DNA of 58,493 nucleotides, filler included, from Dugesia japonica (Eukaryota), in assembly GCA_001938525.1 (NCBI GenBank). It is 5 parts of 5 records of this genome, joined end to end, with 100 filler letters (N's around TTAATTAATTAA, not from the genome) between each part and the next. Parts side by side here need not be neighbours in the genome. Positions count along the whole stretch, not along the records: positions 49,141 to 58,493 come from MQRL01584027.1; 4 more parts are not named here. One strand, given 5' to 3'. The position numbers and the translations under genes were made by a program. Below are positions 50,349 to 58,493 of this stretch, in pieces. The notes beneath the pieces are model-generated. The model searched no databases. It was not told the origin of the DNA and saw only the letters and a list, made by a program, of their open reading frames with translations. The stretch's first letter is position 1. Every line of letters begins with the position of its first letter.

Positions 50349-52287
50349 GTTGGGCTTCCACCTGAGTTTGATGGAAAAGAATATGACTGAGGGAAAAGGT
50401 CAGCCTATAGGGGAACCCTTAAAGTCCTTGTTTTCGGTTTTTAGTACATGGACCTTTTGTTTTAATTTGTACAAATTTTGACGGGAAATTTATTTTTATT
50501 TTTGTGATTGATTAAAAAAAATTAATTTTTTTTAGCAAGGTTTACTGTGTTTGTGCGCTCACATCAACCGTATAAGTTACTAACCATCTTAGATTTAAGA
50601 ATTTTTTGATCGGATCGTATTTTAGATCGGATCGGATTTCTAATCATATCAGATTTCTGATCAGATAACATTATTGATCAATTCACGTTTTTGATCGGAT
50701 TACATTTTTGACTGGATCTGATTTTGTATTGGATCAGATTTTTTTGATAGTTAATTTTTCTTTATTTTCCTTTTTTTTAAAAACTTTATAATTTTTTTTA
50801 AAAATTTTCTCTATCTTTTTATAAATGATCCACGATAACATATGACACAAAAGCAAACACAACGTTATGAGTTATCGAGATACCCGATAACATATGGTAC
50901 AAAATCAAGTACAGGGCTATCTAATATCAAGCCCCCAGCCCCCCACCAGGCGGGGTTGAATTGGAGGCTTGATAACACCTAGTGTGTTTGATTTTGTGTT
51001 TGATTTCATTGGTCGGATGGTGATTGGTTGCGGGGAGATCTAGTTTGGTTTAATTTTCAAGTAATTTGGTCGTAAATTTAAATTTTTTTTCGGCGGGATT
51101 TTTTTTATTCTTATTTTTCTTTTCTCTATCTTTTATTTTTTGGCGCGAAATTTAAAAATTTTTGTTGATTTTTGTGTTTAATGAAAAAGGAACACGTGAG
51201 ACATGTGTCGATGTAAAGGTTTGGTAATTTATGAGGTGATGGTGTATATGTGTGTGTAAAAATGTATATTTTTCAAATGAAAATCACAACAGAATGTGTG
51301 TCGGGAGTAGATAGATAGTGGCACATGGGCACAATTTGGCAATGAGCCGAAATTCGGGCACCATTATTTTTAAGCAGTTATCCCTCCTCCCGGGGGCTCG
51401 GAAACACATTACGCTTAAGCTGCGTTTTTTTACCATGATTTTTGTGATCGATTTTTTTTTCTAAGATTTTTGCGATGAAAAAATTTTTGATCGGATCAAA
51501 TTTTTTTTTGATCTGATTAGTTTTTTTTATCCTGAAGTTGTGTGTGTGTATTTTTAAATTTAAATTTTCTTTGTGTTTGCGTTGTAAAGGTGCTTTTTGA
51601 TAAGTAGATCAAGTTGTGTTTGTGTGTGGTTGTGTGTGTGTGTAAAAGACTGAAAAAAAACGAGGAGTAGTAGCTGGAGATCTTGGAGATAATGTTTTTT
51701 GGATTTTAAAGATTTATTTCTTGTCGAACAAAAATTTGGTCTATATATTGTCTCTAGGACTTATGACTATGGATTGATGGTTTTCACCACAAGGGTAGTG
51801 GCACACGAGCACAAAGTATGAGTTATTGTGGGTGGTTTTTTTTTGGTTGTAGTTATAAATCTTGTTGATGGAATTTGTTGTTTGATGGCCTCTTTGAGAG
51901 GTAATGTGATGTTGAAGATGGTGGTTGTCGAATGTGCTTCGATTTTTTATTTTAAGGATTGGTTTATTTTGTAAGTAGTCAAGCTGTGTTAAAAAAATTT
52001 TTCGTGAGGTGAAGGTTGGTATGTGTGGAAAGAGAATTATTTATCAGATTTTATAAGATTTATTTGAAATTTTTCTGTCGGGTCGTTATGACGTCATAGA
52101 TTTTTGAAATAATTAATTTAGTAAAAAATGCTGTATATTGCTTAATTTGATGAATTTAATGCAAGTAATATCATTTTTTAGTTTTCGATGTATTTTTGGT
52201 TATTTTTTCAGTATTTTGATCAGGGAAGTGTTGTTTTGTAAGATTTTCAACTGGGGAAGAGGGAAGTCTTGATACTTTTGAAAACTT

Positions 52288-52415
52288 TTTTGGCGGGAAA
52301 TTTAAAACTTTTCATTTTGGCGGGAAATTAAAAAAAAATTATTTTGGCGGAAAATTCAAAAAAAAATATTTTGGCGGGAAATTTAAAAAAAAGTTATTTT
52401 GGCATGAAATTGAAA
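52288..52415. promoter_or_regulatory. Tandem array of five E2F-site plus CHR-like motifs (TTTGGCGGGAAA-TTTAAA/TTCAAA) inside the TIR
   Basis: ~27-bp period; fewer copies in the right arm (56005-56045). A palindromic CRE TATGACGTCATA lies at 52087 and 56236. Confidence 0.55.
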
Positions 52416-52499
52416 AAAAAGGAAATTTTTCATTGCAATGGGTAGAAAATTTTTATTGCAATTAAATTAAATTTAATTAAATTACTTTTTTATGTAAGA

Positions 52500-52960
52500 G
52501 ATGGGGTAGACTTGATATTTTGCACGCAGTCTCTATATTTTGCATATGATGGGCAATCTTGACATTTTTTAAGATATTTATGCATGGTATGGGCAGACTT
52601 GATACTTTTTAAGATATTATTACAAGAAATTTATGCATGTTATGGGCAGTCTTGATATTTTTTTAAGATATACTTACAAGATATGGATAGTCTTGATATT
52701 TTTCAAGATATTATTACAAGATATGGGCAGTCTCGATATTTTGTAAGATAATATTACAAGAAATTTATGCATGTTATTGGCAGTCTTGATATTTTTTAGA
52801 TATTATTACAAGATATTAATGCATTTTATGGCCAGTCTTGATATTTGTTTAAGATATTATTACAAGATATGGGCAGTCTTGATATTTTTTAAGATATTAA
52901 TACAAGATATCAGAGTTTTGGTATTTTGCATGGTATGAGCAGTCTTGAAATTTTGATTAG
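52500..52960. repeat. ~40-bp minisatellite (TATGGGCAGTCTTGATATTTTTTAAGATATTATTACAAGA) within the TIR; inverted copy at 55630-55900
   Basis: Directly visible; copy number differs between the arms. Confidence 0.9.
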
Positions 52961-53244
52961 GGAGTTACTATATTTAACTTGGGAGCCTCTATATTTAGCA
53001 TAGGATTGGACAGTCTCAAATTCATAGGCATGTAATTTTCAGTGTATGTGTGTTGCATCTGAGCTGTATACCTTTTGCATTTAAAATATTAATAAAAATT
53101 CCCATACATGTGATTTTTAATGCATATGTATTGCATCTGAGTTATAACTGAGTTGCATTTAAGAAAAATCAAAATGGTGGCTACATTGAGTTTTAAAAAT
53201 TCTCAGACTTGTGATTTTCAGTGTATGTGTGTTGTTTTATTGTT

Positions 53245-55230
53245 GTTGTATTATAAGGCTTACGCGTATATTATTTACAAAACAACCTTTTAATGGTTTT
53301 TTGTATGTAATATTTACATAGCAACCTTGTATTATAAGGATTATGAGTGTATTATTTACATATCTACTGTGTAATATAAGGCTTACGGATGTATTATTTA
53401 CGTGAAAACTGTATAATATAATACTTATGAGGAAAATATTTACATAACATACTTGTATAATAAGGATTATAAGATTTATGAGTGTATTATTTGCGAAACA
53501 ACCATTTAATATATGATTTTTATGAGTATTATTTACATCAAAACCATGTATTATATGGTTTATGAGTCTGTATTTTACATAGTTACCTTGTATTATAAAG
53601 TTTATGAGTATAATTTTTGATAGTTGCCTTGCAATATATNTATATAGCAANCATCTATTATAAAGATTCTCAGTGTATTATTTGCATAGTTATCTTCCAT
53701 TATTTCCATAACGACTGTGTAATATAAGGTTTACGCGTATATTATTTACAAAACAACCGTTTAATGGTTTTTGTATGTTTCAATTTATTTGTATAAATTA
53801 ACAAGAATAGATAACTACTGGTGTGAAACAGAGTTATTTCCTGCTCTAAGACTTGTAAAATATGACTATTTATCTGTAAATTAGTTCTCAACAGGAAAGC
53901 TAGTAATACTAAAACTAAACATTTTGAATTTTCAAGTATATGTAAATAATACAACTTTAGAATTTTTTTAATTTTATTGAAAAAACATGGAAAATTCGCA
54001 ACACAGGTGGAATACAAGTACAACAAATAATAACAATTTAAATTTAGATATTTAAATAATACACACAAAAACCATATATTAAAAGGTTGTTATGTAAAGA
54101 TTACATGATATCTAACCAAATCATATATTCGTAAACTTTATATTACAGGATTACTGTGTATTAATACACTCATAAGTCTTATATTTCATAAACCGTATAT
54201 TTCATGGTTGCTATGTAAATAATACACTCATAATCCTTTTAATCCTTATTATACACAGTTACATGTAATTAATATATTGATAAACCTTATAATATAAGGT
54301 TACAATGTATAATTACCCTCATAAATTCTATATTACATTGTTGCTATGTCAATAAAANATGNTAACTGTGATTTATATTCTGAATTATATAAATAAATCC
54401 TATAATACAAGNTATCAATGCAAAACATACACTCATTAACCCTCTTCCTTCTTTTACCTTCTTCCTTCTTTTTTACCCTCTTCCTTCCTTTACTTTATTC
54501 TTATTTTACCCTCTTCTTTCTTTTTTACCCTTTTCTTTCTTAACCCACTACTTTCTTTTACCCTTTCCTTTCATTTTCTTTTACTAATCCTTCTTTAACC
54601 CTCTTCAATCTTAAATTCTATACACCATTAAACCATATACACTCATAATTCCTATACAGATTTAAAGATTACTTAAAGATTTTATATAGACTTATTATAT
54701 NNNNNNNNNNNNNNNNNNNNTGATTTTTATGAAAAGAGTTCATGGCTTTTTAAAATTTTGTAAAGAAACGTTCCCAGCTAATAGGTTTTTGTAATAGAAA
54801 ATTGTCACTAGTAAAATGCATTTTTATGGACAAATTGTATCACCAATAGGTTTTTATACGAACAATGCATCACCAATATGTTTTATTTTAAAAATTTCAT
54901 TGTCAATATGTTTTTTAATGGAAAATTACATCACTAATGAGATTTTTTATTAAAAATTGTAAAACTAAAGANNNNNNNNNNNNNNNNNNNNNNNNNNNNN
55001 NNNNNNNNNNNNNNNNNNNNNTATTAAAAATTGTAAAACTAAAGAGATTTTCTATTAAAAATTGCAACGGTAATGATATTTTTTATTTAAAATTGTAAAA
55101 CTAAAGAGATTTTTTATTAAAAATTGCAACGGTAATGATATTTTTTATTTAAAATTGCAACTGTAATGAGATTTTTTATTAAATAATTGTATCACTAATG
55201 ATATTTATATAGACAATTAGCACTAGTAAT
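53245..55230. repeat. Interior of the TIR element: degenerate ~40-bp repeats in inverted blocks (53245-53770 vs 54060-54440), a pyrimidine tract (54440-54610) and a 39-bp tandem repeat (54780-55230)
   Basis: GAGTGTATTATTTACATA... and its reverse complement; AATGAGATTTTTTATTAAAAATTGCAAC units. Confidence 0.85.
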
Positions 55231-58200
55231 ATGTTTTTGAATAAAGTTCTATGTTTTTTATCATTTTCTAATGAAAAATTTTAATTTGAATATTTATTTA
55301 TGTAAATATCACAAAGACTTCCCTCTTTGAGGTTTTTTATTTGAATATTTTAATAAAAGTTATATTTATTATGTAAATATCACAAAGACTCCCCTCTTTG
55401 AAGTTTTTTGATAGATAATTTTTCATAAATGCAACTCAGAAGCATTACAGCTGCAACACACATACACAGAAAATCACAAGTCTGGGAATTTTTATTAATA
55501 TTTAAAATGCAAAAGGTATACAGCTCAGATGCAACACACATACACTGAAAATTACATGCCTATGAATTTAAGACTGTCCAATCCCATGCTAAATATAGAG
55601 GCTCCCAAGTTAAATATAGTGGCTTCCTATTCAAAATTGCAAGACTGCTCATACCATGCAAATTACCAAGACTCTGATATCTTGTATTATTATCTTAAAA
55701 AATATCAAGACTGCCCATAAAATGCATTAATATCTTGTAATAATATCTTAAAAAATATCAAGACTGCCCAAACCTTGAAGTAATATCTTAAAAAATATCT
55801 AGACTTCCAATAACATGCATTTATATCTTTAAAAATATCAAGATTGAGCATCATATGCAAAATATAGAGACTCTGCATGAAAAATATCAAGTCTACCTTA
55901 TCTCTTACATAAAAAAGTATATTAATTAAATTAAATTAAATTTAATTTAATTTAATTGCAATAAAAGATTTTCCCCCATTGAAATGAAAAAAATCCATTT
56001 TTTTTCAATTTCCTGCCAAAATAATTTTTTAAATTTCCCGCAAAAAAAGTTTTCAAAAATATCAAGACTTCCCTCTTCCCCAGTTGAAAATCTTACAAAA
56101 CAACACTTCCCTGATCAAAATACTGAAAAAATAACCAAAAATACATCGAAAACTAAAAAATGATATTACTTNNNNNNNNNNNNTCAAATTAAGCAATATA
56201 CAGCATTTTTTACTAAATTAATTATTTCAAAAATCTATGACGTCATAACGACCCGACAGAAAAATTTCAAATAAATCTTATAAAATCTGATAAATAATTC
56301 TCTTTCCACACATACCAACATCCACCTCACGAAATTTTTTTTAACACATCTTTACTACTTACAAAATAAACCAATCAAAAGTAGCCCTTAAAATAAAATA
56401 TCGAAGCACATTCGACAACTACCATCTTCACTATCACTATACCTCTCCAACAAGCCATCAAACAACAAATTCCATCAACAACATAAAAAACTACAACCAA
56501 AAGAAAAACCACCCACGATATCTCATATTTTGTACCCGTGTGCCACTACCCTTGTGGTGAAAACCATCAATCCAAAGTCATAAGTCCTAGAGACAATATA
56601 TAGACCAAATTTTTGTTCGACAAGAAATAAATCTTCAAAATCCAAAAATAATTATCTTCAAGATCTCCAGCTACTACTCCTCGTTTTTTTCAGTCTTTTA
56701 CACACACACACAACCACACACAAACACAACTTGACCTACTTTTTAAAAAGCACCTTAACAACTCAAACACAAAGAAAATTAAAATTTAAAAATACACACA
56801 CACATCTTCAGGATAAAAAAAACTAATCAGATCAAAAAAAATTTGATCCGATCAAAAATTTTTTCATCGCAAAAATCTTAGAAAAAAAAATCGATCACAA
56901 AAATCATGGTTAAAAAAACGTAGCTTAAGCGTAATGTGTTTCTGAGCCCCCGAGGGGAGGGAGAGGGGGCTCGATAACTGCTTAAAAATAATAGTGCCCG
57001 AATTTTGGCTCATCGCCAGATTGTGCCCATGTGCCACTATCTATCTACTGTCAGGCGATAATTTTCGGGTTTCGATAATATGTTTGAGTTTGCTATTGAA
57101 ATTGACCTATAGGTTGCTAAAGGTAAGTATGAGCTAAAATGTTTGTGTGTTGAATAAATGCAGCTTTTGTGTTCCAAAATTGACTTTCATTTGTATTTTT
57201 ATTAAAATAATTAACAAATAGTATCTTACTAGTATTATATATAATACTAGTAGGATACTATTTATTATTATTTTTTTTGAAAACCAAGGATACAAAAATA
57301 GTAGTATATTTGTATTATATATGTTTTAACTAAGTCAAGTTACAGGAATTTCAATTTTTTGTTTTAATTATCAAATAAATTTAGCGGGAAATTCAAATTT
57401 AAAAAAAAACTTTTGGCTGGAAAATTTTTTTCGAAGGAAAATCCTTTTTTTAAAATTTTTTTTGGCGCAAAGTTTAAATTTTATTTTTAAAATTTGTAAA
57501 TTAAAAATTTTTTTTGGAGATTTTTGAAAAAATCTTTCTTTTATTCGTATTTTTCTTTCCTCTATCTTTTTTTTGGCGCGAAATTTAAAATTTTTTTGTC
57601 AAGAAATTTAAAAATTTACGACGCATTTTTGTGTGAATGTCTGTTGCAATTATGTTGCTTCCCTATTGTTAGTATATATTATTTAATACTTATAAAAAAT
57701 AACCAAATGGTTTTATTATAAAATTTTTATTTAAAATATACAAAGAGCTGAGTTTTTAAAAAGAAATCATTAGCGTATAACTTTAAAAAAATTTCATTAC
57801 AGTTGAACGTTTTATCCAATACTACAAAGGCGCGGTCAGTTCTGACATATAATAAAGGAAGTGGTGATCTGTTACTATCCTTGTTCTCTAGATTTTGATT
57901 ATTTATTATTATTAAAACAGACCACTACTACATGTTAAAGCAAGCCACTACTATTATACACTAATTGTATATTGCCTGTTTTTGTTTAAATGCATCAGTA
58001 TATTAAATCGGTTTCTCATTTTATATTAAACCTATTTTTTAAATTGTCTATTAAATTTAATACTAGTACAATACTTATAATAATGTAAAAAGCTGATACA
58101 TTACTTGGTATATGTTTCTTATTTATTTTCACTTATATAAAAACATTATTAGATTCTTTTGAGTATATTTCTGAAACAGAAATACAATGTTCACCAGAAT

Positions 58201-58493
58201 TCACAGTAGTAAATGAATATGATTGTTCCGAGGTAGATTTAAACCTATATCCAAATGTAGATAAATTATTTGTAAAAAACATGAAAAAAGAATATCCTTC
58301 TATGTCTCCAAAATGTACTGATGCTATTCTAAAAAATTATTTGATGATTCATTGTAGTCAAGCAACAATTAGATAAGAAGTTTGAAGATATTATAGACGT
58401 AGCGGCTACATCATATAACAAAAAGCCACTAAAGCGAAATTCTAGTGAGCAATTAATTGTACCTATTAATAAAAAGCAAAATGATAACATTAA

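Larger units (their letters stand above)
51306..57049. mobile_element. Non-autonomous Polinton/Maverick-type element, 5.74 kb, with long TIRs (~51306-53160 and ~55427-57049)
   Basis: Termini AGTAGATAGATAGTGGCAC ... GTGCCACTATCTATCTACT. Flanks GTCGGG (51300-51305) and GTCAGG (57050-57055) form a 6-bp TSD with one mismatch. The arms align along their length and the interior is non-coding. Confidence 0.82.

Noticed and set aside
50146-50481. Poly-Ile and poly-Tyr ORFs
   Set aside because: Translations of an (AAT)n microsatellite across an N gap.
53237-54068. 137-aa and 108-aa ORFs inside the TIR element
   Set aside because: Low-complexity translations of minisatellite or AT-rich DNA with no domain motifs.
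52500-55230. CRISPR-like array
   Set aside because: The repeats are contiguous degenerate tandem units without unique spacers, there are no cas genes, and the context is eukaryotic.

Overview
Very AT-rich, repeat-dense DNA from an invertebrate-type metazoan draft assembly. It is not prokaryotic: it contains a 32-nt GT-AG intron, a tyrosine kinase and a eukaryotic 18S fragment. The window is five unrelated contigs (1-8388, 8489-16839, 16940-28821, 28922-49040, 49141-58493) joined by artificial 100-bp N44-TTAATTAATTAA-N44 linkers. Only two host genes look intact, as a divergent pair: a MARCKS-like myristoylated acidic protein and an SH3-less, intronless Csk-family kinase. The rest is mostly decayed mobile DNA: Penelope-like retroelements with minimal hammerhead ribozymes, two Ty3/gypsy elements, and mariner, hAT and Tc2 elements. 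Contig 4 carries scattered Polinton/Maverick (adintovirus-like) gene remnants (pPolB, integrase, packaging ATPase, major capsid). These sit next to a chuvirus-type (class III) fusion glycoprotein pseudogene and a cassette of four orphan mini-ORFs. Contig 5 holds a complete 5.7-kb non-coding Polinton-type element with 1.6-1.9-kb terminal inverted repeats, AG...CT ends, a 6-bp target-site duplication and arrays of E2F/CHR-like motifs. All family assignments come from manual motif recognition; no database searches were run.
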